A program made the position numbers and the translations under genes. Positions 9,148 through 18,167 of a stretch of 64,000 nt of DNA are shown piece by piece; the first letter of the stretch is position 1; each line of letters opens with the position of its first letter. The notes beneath the pieces were generated by a model that was not told the DNA's origin, did no database searches, and worked only from the letters and a program-made list of their open reading frames with translations. The DNA is from Candidatus Latescibacterota bacterium (GTDB lineage Bacteria > Latescibacterota > UBA2968): positions 672,001-736,000 of the forward strand of contig OZ242195.1 in the NCBI GenBank assembly GCA_965205975.1, read 5' to 3'.

Positions 9148-11610
9148 TCAGTTGCTTTTGAAAGGGTCGCTCAAAACAACGAGGGTGATAAGATCGCGCA
9201 GACCTTTGTCTTCCTCCTGTACATCTCGAACGATTGCATCAATCCCCGGTCGATCAGTAATTCCCAACTCGCGACCAATCGCATAGGTCAGCAATTTTTC
9301 TGTCAGACAACGCGTGAATTCTGCGTGGCGCTTTGCCATTAACTTGCGAAATTCGACGAAGGATTGAAAGGTTTCGCCACTCGGCAATTGTCCCGAGGGA
9401 TCAATCGCTGCGCTTCTGGTATAGTGGGTTCGCCAGCCGCCGATTGCGTCAAAGTTTTCCAGCGCAAAACCAGGGGGATCAATTTTGTTATGGCATTGGG
9501 CGCAGGTCGGGATCTCGCGGTGCTTGACCAGTTGATCTCTGATGGTCGTTGCGCCGCGTGTGTCTGGCTCAATCTCGGGCACATCGTCCGGCGGTGGCGG
9601 TGGTGTGTATCCCAGCAGATTTTCCAGCACATAAATCCCGCGCACCACAGGCGATGTATCCACGCCATTGGCCGAAGCCATAAGAAAACTGCCCTGGCCC
9701 AGCAGACCACCGCGTGGTGTCCCGGTGAGCGAAATCCGGCGAAAATGATCTCCCTCAATACCTCCTATCCCATAATGCCGGGCGAGTTCCCGATTGAGAA
9801 AGGAATAATCAGCAGAAAGAAATTCGCGGGGCGAGAGATTGTTGTCGAGTACGTGCTGAAAAAACGTCTCTGTTTCAGTCACCATAGCAGGGCCGAGATT
9901 ATCGCGAAAATAGACTCTAAAATCGGGGGAGGGTGGCATCTCTCCAATGTTGTCATAGTGGAGCCATACGCGAATGAAATTTTTAACAAAGCGGTGCGAT
10001 TTTGTATCTTGGAGCATGCGATGGATCTGCTTACTGAGCGTGGCCGGGTCGCTTAGTTTTTTCTGTTGAGCAAGTGCTATCAGTTCATCATCTGGCACAG
10101 AAGACCACAAAAAATAGGATAACCGGGCAGCCAGAGAATAATCGTCCAGAGCGCCCTCGCCTTCATGCAAAAACAGAAAAGCAGGCGAACTGAGAATGGT
10201 CTGAAAACCCAGTTGTAAAGCGGGCAACGGCTCCATGCCATTGCTGAGTTTTTCATGCGCAAGCGACTCAAACGGTGCCAGTTCTCCCGGGCGCAAGGGC
10301 CTGCGAAAAGCGGTTGTGGCAAATACACGCAAACGCTCTGAAATGCGCTTCCGGTCCAAATCTTCAGGTTTTAGATCGCCATACATCAACTGATGTCCGC
10401 GTGGAGGCCAGTCTTTCTCTTGAGGACCACTAACCTGAATTTCCCAAACCCTTAGCTTAGGCCCGCGGTAAATTTTGAGCAGCGCGTGATTTCTCTTATT
10501 ACCCGCTTTCTGATCCACAAAGGGCAGGATTTCGGGTTTTGGATCTTTTGCCTTAGTAAGTTTGCGAACCAGGGCTTTGGTTGCCAGCGTTCCATTGCGA
10601 AACCGAACCTCGGGCTCAAATCCTTTTTCCAGATAAACATCCCATTCAAACCACTGAGGCTCTTCGCGGGTCAGTTCAACAGTTGCAAGCGTGTATTCAC
10701 GAGTAATATTGCCCGTGCTCACTACACTGCCTTTGCGATCTACAGCCGCCAGTTCCAGCACAAGCGGGTCGCCTTTGGGGAAATCGTTGAGTTCTCTGTC
10801 ATAATGGTGATTGCGATCAAGTGCCGCCGCCTGCACCCTTATGGTGTAGGTGCCGCTGAAGGGCGCACCACCATCCACCAGCGGATAAAAGCCAATATGA
10901 CCACCCCGGTAGTGACGTCCAGTGAGATCATCGTATCCCGTATCTGACACAAACCGAAAGCGATCCTCTCTAAAAACCTTGGGCAAGGACAAGGAATTGG
11001 CCTGTTTGTTTGTAAAATAGAAGGGTGATTTTTGCACGTAATTTTGGGCTTCGGGTTTGGATTCAAAATGCGTGGCACGTGTGACGGCTTCTTCTGCAAC
11101 GCGCAAATAGTGATTGAGCAACATGCCCGACGTGACAAGCCCGGCAGCATTGTTATCAAAGCCCTTGACCTTCACTTCGGGTGGAAAATCTTCCGTTGGG
11201 TCCCAGGCTTCCATATTCAGACCGAGTAAATCGCCGAGTGTTTGGCGGTATTCCCAGGCGTTGAGCCTCCTCAGAGGTGTGTGCTGTCCTTTGCCCGACA
11301 ATCGCATACGCGCTTCAGCAATTGATGCTGTAATCACCTGAACAGTGGCGAGTACCTCATCTTTACCCGGCTGCATCTGGCGCTTTGGTGGCATCGACTG
11401 CAGGTTGAGTTGATCGACAATATCCTGCCAGAGTTCTAATTCTTTGAAGTTGGCAATTGTCTCGGAAAACTGATCAAAGCGCCGGTCGGCTTTTTGCACG
11501 CTTGGACCGTGACACTTGACGCAATATTGTGTAAGAAATGCCCTGGGTAGTTCTGCCCAGACAGAATGGGCGAATAGGGTGGAGACAATGACCATCAAAA
11601 TCCGTTTCAT
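9148..11610 (-). CDS. DUF1592/DUF1588 (planctomycete PSD/PSCyt-type) secreted cytochrome c-like protein
   Basis: Signal peptide; CVKCH and CAQCH heme motifs; LRRLNAWEY, LAARLSYFLWSSVPDDEL, TSPVVRG, GFALENFDAIGGWR. Confidence 0.92.
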   Translation of the reverse strand: MKRILMVIVSTLFAHSVWAELPRAFLTQYCVKCHGPSVQKADRRFDQFSETIANFKELELWQDIVDQLNLQSMPPKRQMQPGKDEVLATVQVITASIAEARMRLSGKGQHTPLRRLNAWEYRQTLGDLLGLNMEAWDPTEDFPPEVKVKGFDNNAAGLVTSGMLLNHYLRVAEEAVTRATHFESKPEAQNYVQKSPFYFTNKQANSLSLPKVFREDRFRFVSDTGYDDLTGRHYRGGHIGFYPLVDGGAPFSGTYTIRVQAAALDRNHHYDRELNDFPKGDPLVLELAAVDRKGSVVSTGNITREYTLATVELTREEPQWFEWDVYLEKGFEPEVRFRNGTLATKALVRKLTKAKDPKPEILPFVDQKAGNKRNHALLKIYRGPKLRVWEIQVSGPQEKDWPPRGHQLMYGDLKPEDLDRKRISERLRVFATTAFRRPLRPGELAPFESLAHEKLSNGMEPLPALQLGFQTILSSPAFLFLHEGEGALDDYSLAARLSYFLWSSVPDDELIALAQQKKLSDPATLSKQIHRMLQDTKSHRFVKNFIRVWLHYDNIGEMPPSPDFRVYFRDNLGPAMVTETETFFQHVLDNNLSPREFLSADYSFLNRELARHYGIGGIEGDHFRRISLTGTPRGGLLGQGSFLMASANGVDTSPVVRGIYVLENLLGYTPPPPPDDVPEIEPDTRGATTIRDQLVKHREIPTCAQCHNKIDPPGFALENFDAIGGWRTHYTRSAAIDPSGQLPSGETFQSFVEFRKLMAKRHAEFTRCLTEKLLTYAIGRELGITDRPGIDAIVRDVQEEDKGLRDLITLVVLSDPFKSN

Positions 11611-12860
11611 GAAATCTCCATCGCAGAAAAGGTCCCTGTGCTTTTGCCAAAGCTATCTCGCTCTACACCAAACCACTGCAAGACAGAAAGCCAGAGGTTT
11701 GACAGTGGGATCCGTTTGTGTGTCTCGGCAGGACACACGAGATGTCCTTGATGTTTCAAACCGCCCCCAGCGAGAATCACCGGCAAATTCCTATTGGAAT
11801 GCCTTGAGCCATCGCCCATACCACTTCCCAGAACGACCAGCGTGTCGTCAAACACTTTTGCTTCTTTGAGGCGATCCAGAAACCTACCAAACTGAGTCAA
11901 CAAATATTTTTCCACTACCTGAAGGTCTTTCAATATCCCCTCCTCCTTGCCGTGGTGCGAAAGGCCGTGATATCCGCCAAGGTTGAGTTCGGACGTCTTA
12001 AAGCCCATGGGGATTTCAAAGGTCACAACCCGTGTCGAGTCTGTCTGTAATGCCAGTGTTAGCAGGTCATAAAAAAGCGGCATTTCCTCAATTTGCATCC
12101 GTTCGAGGTCTTCCACAGGTTCAATTGGGGATTCTGGCTTGGGTTTGTCGAGCCATTCGCGCGACATTTGCAGGCGACGCTCGACGTCGCGCACCGAAGT
12201 CAGGTATTGATCGAGCTTACCGCGATCCGCTGCATTTAACTGACCATCGAGTGTCTTTGCCGACGCGAGTAAGGCGTCGAGCACACTGCCCCGATTTGAT
12301 AGCGTACGACGCTCTGCGCTTCGCATAGCTTCATCATTCTGTACAAATAAAGCCTGAAAAATGCGGGCGGGATTGTTAATCGGTGCCACATTTACGCCCG
12401 ACCGCGTCCATACCATGTCTGTACCTCTGCCCAGCCCTGCAGTAATTGAGGGAAAGCGCGTTGTACTGCCCACATGCTCAGCCGCTATCTGGTCCAGCGT
12501 CATATTCTTTTCGGGGAAACCTGCGGCTTCTTCCTTGCGTATGCTGCTCAGAAATACATGTACGCCGGCGTGTCCACCGCCCGTACCGTGATCGAGATTT
12601 GAAAAGATAGTAAAATCATTTCGGTGTGAATCGATATACTTCAGCGTCAGGCTCGTCTCATAGTCCTTGCCGGACTGCTCGGGAAAAAAACCGCCCGGCC
12701 AAAATCCCAGATGATTGCCCACGCAGACCAGACGCCTCGGATTTGCCGCACCGTACACCATGCTGCTTTCTAAGAAGGGCAAAGATAGTGCCACGCCTGC
12801 ACCCTGTAAGAAGTGTCGGCGATTAACCCGCGCTTGCAAAAGTTCAGAAATGACGTTCAT
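11607..12860 (-). CDS. DUF1552 domain protein (Tat signal)
   Basis: NRRHFLQGAGVALSLPFLESS Tat motif; DRGKLDQYLTSVRDVERRL; ALQTDSTRVVT; HSNRNLPVILAGG. Usual partner of DUF1592 proteins; ATGA overlap. Confidence 0.92.
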   Translation of the reverse strand: MNVISELLQARVNRRHFLQGAGVALSLPFLESSMVYGAANPRRLVCVGNHLGFWPGGFFPEQSGKDYETSLTLKYIDSHRNDFTIFSNLDHGTGGGHAGVHVFLSSIRKEEAAGFPEKNMTLDQIAAEHVGSTTRFPSITAGLGRGTDMVWTRSGVNVAPINNPARIFQALFVQNDEAMRSAERRTLSNRGSVLDALLASAKTLDGQLNAADRGKLDQYLTSVRDVERRLQMSREWLDKPKPESPIEPVEDLERMQIEEMPLFYDLLTLALQTDSTRVVTFEIPMGFKTSELNLGGYHGLSHHGKEEGILKDLQVVEKYLLTQFGRFLDRLKEAKVFDDTLVVLGSGMGDGSRHSNRNLPVILAGGGLKHQGHLVCPAETHKRIPLSNLWLSVLQWFGVERDSFGKSTGTFSAMEIS

Positions 12861-12911
12861 GGCTTGTCCTCTTCTATATTAAGTTAGGATCTCTATGCCA
12901 AAATCTGTTCT

Positions 12912-12941
12912 AATATAGCAGGAAATAAAATCTTTTGTCAA
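12912..12941 (-). promoter_or_regulatory. Putative sigma70 promoter for the DUF1552-DUF1592 operon
   Basis: TTGACA-18 nt-TATATT with extended -10 TGn. Confidence 0.65.
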
Positions 12942-12963
12942 GCTGGCGAACGGGATGACTCTG

Positions 12964-13053
12964 TCACTTCAACACGTCGAGATGGATGTCGCAGTCTGTC
13001 GTCTTCTTGAAAACGTAGGTTCGGCGCAGGAGTGTGAAAATGGGGTCCGGCAA
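12964..13053 (-). pseudogene. Possible N-terminal remnant of an alpha/beta hydrolase
   Basis: RBS GAGGA plus TTG start, 29 codons LPDPIFTLLRRTYVFKKTTDCDIHLDVLK*; resembles the TYxYK...DCxIxxDV start of BD-FAE-like hydrolases. Confidence 0.35.
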
Positions 13054-13066
13054 AGTATCCTCGTTA

Positions 13067-13720
13067 TTAAAGAAGTCCCAGATGATTCAACTTCTGCTGA
13101 AGACCATCGGCTCCAGCATAGGTGTGTCCGATTATACCCAATCTCGTCGCCGCTGCCACATGCCCGGCGTTGTCGTCTATGAACAGAGCCTGCTCTGGAG
13201 TTGCTTCCACAGTATCTAAGGCTGTGAAGTAGATGTTGGGATCGGGTTTTGCAAACCCGACCTCTGAGGAGTTGATGATGTAATCGAAATCCTCGGCGAT
13301 GCCCAGTCGCTGAAGGTCTGAGTGTAACCTTGAGGTCGCATTGCTGATAAGGACTAAACGCGCCCTCTTTCGACAAGCCCGCAAGATCTCCAGGACCTCC
13401 AAATCGACTTCCCCTGGCGATGCGGACCAGAGTTCAACCGCGCGCTCCGCGTTGGTGTTAGGGAAGTCCTTGCTGAGCAGGTCCGCAATTCTCCGCCGCC
13501 ACTCATCGTCAGAGATTTGTCCTGTGATTACCAGGGGGAGCAAGTCATCTGAGAATGCAGCCCTGGGGATGGCTCCTTCGGGAAGCTCGGTTGCTCGTTC
13601 CGCCTTACGATGTATTTCAGGGGACCAGATCCGAATTACCCCATCGAGGTCTGTCAGGATTACGTTTGTCATTGAGTTTAGTGTTTTCCTGTGTTTTTTA
13701 CACACGATGCTTGCTGTCAC
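13067..13720 (-). CDS. HAD-superfamily hydrolase (HAD-IA)
   Basis: DLDGVI motif I, ISN motif II, KPDPNIY, FIDDN motif IV; GTGA overlap with upstream gene. Confidence 0.92.
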   Translation of the reverse strand: MTASIVCKKHRKTLNSMTNVILTDLDGVIRIWSPEIHRKAERATELPEGAIPRAAFSDDLLPLVITGQISDDEWRRRIADLLSKDFPNTNAERAVELWSASPGEVDLEVLEILRACRKRARLVLISNATSRLHSDLQRLGIAEDFDYIINSSEVGFAKPDPNIYFTALDTVEATPEQALFIDDNAGHVAAATRLGIIGHTYAGADGLQQKLNHLGLL

Positions 13721-14523
13721 TTATCCTCATTCTTGGTCGCAATGAAGATCATCTCTTTTTCGTGTTCAGAACTCAGGGTCTCGTCTGTCCAATCGCCTTT
13801 GACATCGACATCTCGAAAGCCTGCCAATTCCAGCATCCACATCAGTTCATTTCGATGGTACCAGTGCGTCTGTCCGGTGTGAATTTCCTCTTTTATGAGA
13901 CGGTCGCCTTCGTATAGTTCATATCGCCGTTCTCGGACAGCATATTGCGCCACCGTATCTTCAAAAATCTTGTGGTGGTAAACCAGTAGGCGCTTTCCGT
14001 CTTCAAGCTCCTTGTTGGCGATCTGTTTCCACTCGCCAGGCCATGCGTGAATCTCTTTGGGGCCCCAGTAATAAAAACTATGGGCTGGAGCAACATTAAA
14101 GGCGAGAATTCCACCAGGCTCCAAATGAGCGTGGCATCGGCGGAGCGTTTCCAATGCCGCTCGCCGCCCCATTACACACTGGAAACCACCGCACGGGATG
14201 TAGATGGCATTAAATCGATCGGGGAGATCCAACTGCTGCATCTGCTGCTCGTAGAGCACGGGATCCAGTCCCATCGCGTTCGCATGCAGGCGACATACAG
14301 ATAGCATATCGCCCGAAATGTCCACCCCCTGCACATCAAATCCTTCTTGCAAAAAGGTCAGTAGTAACCGCCCCGCTCCGCATCCCAGTTCCAGGGTCTT
14401 ACTTCCAGCTTTCTCAAGGATGCCTTTGTAGAATGACTTGTCTATGCGGGGATCTGACGTCGATATCGTAGCCCAATGAAGTGCGGAGAGTCCAGTGTAC
14501 AGATCTCGTTCATCGAATTTCAT
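13717..14523 (-). CDS. Class I SAM-dependent methyltransferase
   Basis: LELGCGAGRL, GVDISGDML, HLEPGG. Confidence 0.92.
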   Translation of the reverse strand: MKFDERDLYTGLSALHWATISTSDPRIDKSFYKGILEKAGSKTLELGCGAGRLLLTFLQEGFDVQGVDISGDMLSVCRLHANAMGLDPVLYEQQMQQLDLPDRFNAIYIPCGGFQCVMGRRAALETLRRCHAHLEPGGILAFNVAPAHSFYYWGPKEIHAWPGEWKQIANKELEDGKRLLVYHHKIFEDTVAQYAVRERRYELYEGDRLIKEEIHTGQTHWYHRNELMWMLELAGFRDVDVKGDWTDETLSSEHEKEMIFIATKNEDK

Positions 14524-14577
14524 GAAAATATCCTCATAAAGCGGAGACATTCAGTATCCGGGTTTTGTTTTTCCGCT

Positions 14578-15804
14578 TCACAGAAGATTCCCTTGTGCGC
14601 GGGAGTTGTGGCCTATCACCGTGATCGGCTCGGTCATTCCTATACAGACATTGCCACTCACGAGGTTCCAGTCACTGTGGCCACTCTCGACGATGCCTCG
14701 CGTCTGGCACGGTGTGTCTCCTCCAACCGTCGGAGATTTGTCAACATTATCGGCGCAACGGTTGCCCTGGACAAGAAATCTTTTGGCATTGTGCAGGCGC
14801 AGGGCGGGATAAGCGCCAGGCTTCTTCCATGAATTGCTCCGAAGGATGTTCCCGACGATCACATTTTCCACGCCATCGCTTGCGTTAATGCCCCATTTGC
14901 CATTCTCTGAGCACACATTGTTGCTGATGATGTTGTGGTGATCCTCCCCATGCCCCACGCCGCCGATGCCACTGTGGTCGTTGCCTGTGAAGACACTGTC
15001 GCTACATATAGAGTCGCGCACATGGCCGCAGAAGTACAGACCGTCTCCGCCGTTTCCAATGGCGATGTTGTGTGACCAAATGCTGCGTTCTATACCAGTG
15101 CCGGGGTGGTATCCGTGTCCGCGACAAAAGCGAACCTGACAGTGGGTGACCTGCGCATCCGAGCCGCCCTGCACGCTGATGCCGTCACTCGGCCAGTCGA
15201 TGACCGCTACATTCTGGATGCGTACACCTCTACAGTAGATAGTGTGTACAGCGCTGTAAGTGAAGTCTTGCCACCAGCGCCCTTTGGGATCTCTCGCCCC
15301 ACGTAGCGTCAAATCGCGCAAGCTCACATCGTCTCTACGGACAGCAGTAATGCCCGGGAAGAGGCCGACGATCTGGGCTCCCTCTTTTACCCTCAGGCCC
15401 CTGTTCAGTGGCTCGCTCAAGCGAACGAGGTCGCCCTTTACCGACTTCACCAGCGCGTGGGTCCCGTCCCACCATTGGCGAGGTCGATCGTTCAGCCCGA
15501 CACCATCGTCTGCTACAAAAGGCACTCGTCCGCGCAAGTAGATGTTGCGGGAACCTTTGCGGGCATCTCGAATCAGGAATAGTGCCTTGGGTGCAGCTAT
15601 CGTCAGTTCAGTCGCTGATCCATCGCCGATGAGGCTTATGCCACTTCGGAGGACAATCGACTGACGTAGCCGCCATTTGCCTGCCGGAATCCGAACGCTC
15701 CCACCTCGCTCGCCAAGGGCGTCAATCGCCTCCTGAATCCCCGAGGTAGCCGAATCCTGATCGAGAGATGCCGTGATTACTTCGTTCATCATGGGCTTAC
15801 TCAT
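14578..15804 (-). CDS. Right-handed parallel beta-helix protein (pectate lyase 3-like N-terminus)
   Basis: DSATSGIQEAIDAL...GGSVRIPAGKW; Asn-ladder repeats (GNGGDG, NIISNNVCSEN, NVIVGNIL). Confidence 0.85.
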   Translation of the reverse strand: MSKPMMNEVITASLDQDSATSGIQEAIDALGERGGSVRIPAGKWRLRQSIVLRSGISLIGDGSATELTIAAPKALFLIRDARKGSRNIYLRGRVPFVADDGVGLNDRPRQWWDGTHALVKSVKGDLVRLSEPLNRGLRVKEGAQIVGLFPGITAVRRDDVSLRDLTLRGARDPKGRWWQDFTYSAVHTIYCRGVRIQNVAVIDWPSDGISVQGGSDAQVTHCQVRFCRGHGYHPGTGIERSIWSHNIAIGNGGDGLYFCGHVRDSICSDSVFTGNDHSGIGGVGHGEDHHNIISNNVCSENGKWGINASDGVENVIVGNILRSNSWKKPGAYPALRLHNAKRFLVQGNRCADNVDKSPTVGGDTPCQTRGIVESGHSDWNLVSGNVCIGMTEPITVIGHNSRAQGNLL

Positions 15805-16051
15805 TTCGCGCGGTCGTGTTATGTGTCGTGCAATCCTCTATCCGTCGCCGAATGTGCCAATTGCGATCTCGTAATCGTGCCTGTCGGCGAACCCCACCTT
15901 CGTCTGCGATAGGATGGTGGTAGGCGTAGTCCCGGATCGGCTGTATCCAATTCCAGCCCTTCAGTGGCTGGCAGCATTTTCGCAGGAAGCGACTGACGTC
16001 GTCGAAATCGTCTGCGGGATCGAAAAGTCTTTGAGTTATCATAAGATTCAT
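15797..16051 (-). pseudogene. Truncated GNAT acetyltransferase N-terminus
   Basis: ITQRLFDPADDFDDVSRFL...NWIQPIRDYAYHHP resembles the N-terminus of a GNAT subfamily (NWxxxRWxYxxxHP); the acetyl-CoA binding half is missing. Confidence 0.45.
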
Positions 16052-17076
16052 CCGGCACCAGCGCGTGCCAGAGCGCGATCTTCTGCGTCATAGTCGAAGA
16101 TGGACTGGTCGTATTCCTCCGGTGGGTTCTCGCGTGCCCAGTCAACCGTACGCTTCATGCCCACGTTCAAATCCGTCCTGTGTTCCCAGCCCAATTCGTC
16201 GCGAATCCTGCTGACGTCGTAGATGAGGTCTTGCGCGGGGTTCGCCAGTTGTCCGAGATGGTCGGGCAGTTTGTCCTCGGGGAGGGTTCGGATTTCGCCC
16301 TTCCAGCCCGCAGCTTTTGCAATTGATTCAACCCATTCTCGCTCCGTGCAGTAATTTCCGTCTCCCACATTGTAGATTCGTCCGGCAGCTGAGGCGTTTA
16401 CCGTCGCGGCGACAATGGCCTCGGCGACGTCGTCGATATATCCGCGGATGAAGCGCCAGTGCGCGGTCTCTTCACCCAGCAAAATCACCGACCGACCGTC
16501 GAGCATCTTCTTGAGGTATCCCCAGGGACGGTGGTCGCCGGGACCATAAACGGCCGGCAATCTGAGAATTGTCGTGTCGAACGCCTGTGAAAGTATTCGC
16601 TCTATGGGGATCTTGTCGTAGAAATCCAGGTGCTTGTGCGGGTCGTCGTCAGACCGAAGCGATTCGCCGCGGTAGGGATACAGTCGCATTCGGAGGTCAC
16701 CGTCTTCGCGGATGGGGACTTCCTGAAGCGGACCTGTTTCGTATCCTCTCATGATGTCATAGGCGTGATAGACGTCACCGCTCGAGAGGACGACAACTCT
16801 GGGCGCAACATCCTGCATGGTGTCGGTGAATGTCTGCGCGAATTGCTCGTTCATGGCAATCGTGTCAAGGAGGACATCCACTTTCAGCGATAGGAACTGT
16901 TCACGGAAGTCGTCCAGATCCAGTCGATTGCCGTGAATATGCTCGACGCTGTCCGGAACGAGATCGGCGTTGTGCTTCCCCCGGTGGAAGACGGTGACGG
17001 TATGACCGGCTTCAGCCAGCCTGGCGACAGCATGGGCACCGATAAAGCGCGTGCCACCGATGACGAGTATGTTCAT
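16048..17076 (-). CDS. NAD-dependent epimerase/dehydratase (atypical SDR)
   Basis: MNILVIGGTRFIG, SSGDVY, YDKIPIE, LRLPAVYGPGD. Confidence 0.92.
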   Translation of the reverse strand: MNILVIGGTRFIGAHAVARLAEAGHTVTVFHRGKHNADLVPDSVEHIHGNRLDLDDFREQFLSLKVDVLLDTIAMNEQFAQTFTDTMQDVAPRVVVLSSGDVYHAYDIMRGYETGPLQEVPIREDGDLRMRLYPYRGESLRSDDDPHKHLDFYDKIPIERILSQAFDTTILRLPAVYGPGDHRPWGYLKKMLDGRSVILLGEETAHWRFIRGYIDDVAEAIVAATVNASAAGRIYNVGDGNYCTEREWVESIAKAAGWKGEIRTLPEDKLPDHLGQLANPAQDLIYDVSRIRDELGWEHRTDLNVGMKRTVDWARENPPEEYDQSIFDYDAEDRALARAGAG

Positions 17077-17183
17077 GATATCATTGCCCTATCTAATAGA
17101 CCTGTTTTTTATGTTTTGCTGTTCAAATGGATTTCGAATCTCCACCAATATTGCCTTGTTTCCTCAGCTTTCATAGCACTTAC

Positions 17184-17555
17184 CTAAACCTTCACATTGG
17201 CATAGAAATTGACGATGTTCCCATCCGGGTCACGAAACCAAACAGATCGGCGCCCCCATGATTGGGTTGTAGGCGGTTTAACAATCTCAACATTCATGGC
17301 TTTCAAACGCTCAAAGTCCCGGTCGACGTCTTCTACCTCAAACTCGATAGTATAGCTACCATATCCAGCTCCCTTCAGGCATCCAGGAGCCATCTTCTCC
17401 GTGCGTTCTGAGGAGAAGATTGACAAATCTGCACCCTCCGTTGGAATGATCTCAAATATATTTCCTTCTTCTGGTTCAAGTTTTAGTATTTCTCTGTAGA
17501 AAGCGCACAATCTGTCCACATTCTGCGTTATTATACAAATGCCAGTGAACTGCAT
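17184..17555 (-). CDS. VOC/glyoxalase family protein
   Basis: FYREIL...IEFEVEDVDRDFERL...PTTQSWGRRSVWFRDPDGNIVNF. Confidence 0.92.
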   Translation of the reverse strand: MQFTGICIITQNVDRLCAFYREILKLEPEEGNIFEIIPTEGADLSIFSSERTEKMAPGCLKGAGYGSYTIEFEVEDVDRDFERLKAMNVEIVKPPTTQSWGRRSVWFRDPDGNIVNFYANVKV

Positions 17556-17573
17556 GATGGACCTCCAGAAGTC

Positions 17574-18008
17574 TCAGTGAAATTCTTTTGGACGGCGCAG
17601 GACGCGTCGCCTCCTTCGAGGTGGGAAAGTCACGGTTTGTGTATAAGGGTGCCAGTCGGTTGCGATGTCCCAACTTTCTCGCTGCTGGGGGAAGGTGTAC
17701 AGCACAATGCCGCGATCTTTCGGAGGACGCCACCGTCCCTGACCGAGCAACTGATCTACCACTGCTGCAAATTCTGCCGTCATGGCTTCTCGAAAGATGC
17801 GAGAGTTTCTCACGGATCGGCTGACGCCACCCGGGTATTTTCGCCAGGTCGCAGGATCATCCCGCAATACGCCCTCTCTCTCCAGCCGACGCCAGATCGT
17901 TGATTCCATCTCAGCGGCGTCTTCGGCTGTAAAGGCGCGCACCTTGACGTAGCCTCGGGTGCAGAGCTGCTCAAGGTCTTGTTCGTTCAGCGGTCCGTCA
18001 GTCGTCAT
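17574..18008 (-). pseudogene. Truncated phytanoyl-CoA dioxygenase (PhyH)-family gene
   Basis: LNEQDLEQLCTRGYVKV...VVDQLLG...W...TFP...DWH matches the PhyH N-terminal half. Similarity ends at the HxD motif (WHP, no Asp) and the distal His is absent. Confidence 0.6.
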
Positions 18009-18062
18009 GGAATTGCCTTTCTATATCGGTGAATAGAATGAATTCGCCACTGATGTCAATCA

Positions 18063-18167
18063 TGGCAGAGGGTGTGGGGATCGAACCCATATACGGGATA
18101 TCCCACAGGATACCCGTAGCCCTCGGTTTGGAAGCCTCGGGGCCAGCACCACTGGCTCTCACCCCCT
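18063..18167 (-). tRNA. Non-canonical tRNA, 8/4 allo-tRNA-like, long variable arm, 8-nt anticodon loop CUUCCAAA
   Basis: Minus strand: AGGGGGTG AGA GCCAG TGGTG CTGGC C CCGAGG CTTCCAAA CCGAGG GC TACGGGTATCC TGTG GGATATCCCGTA TA TGGG TTCGATC CCCA CACCCTCT G CCA. All four arms fold; T-loop TTCGA, D-loop GG and encoded CCA are present. Confidence 0.85.

Noticed and set aside
17574..17700. Truncated PhyH gene as a +1 frameshift target of the adjacent tRNA
   Set aside because: No other frame restores the missing catalytic half and too little sequence remains; the lesion looks like a deletion.
18063..18167. Canonical selC (tRNA-Sec) or tmRNA
   Set aside because: Acceptor plus T stems total 12 bp rather than 13, the loop is CUUCCAAA rather than CUUCAAA, and no sel genes are nearby. 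It is too short for tmRNA, has full D and anticodon arms, and has G73.
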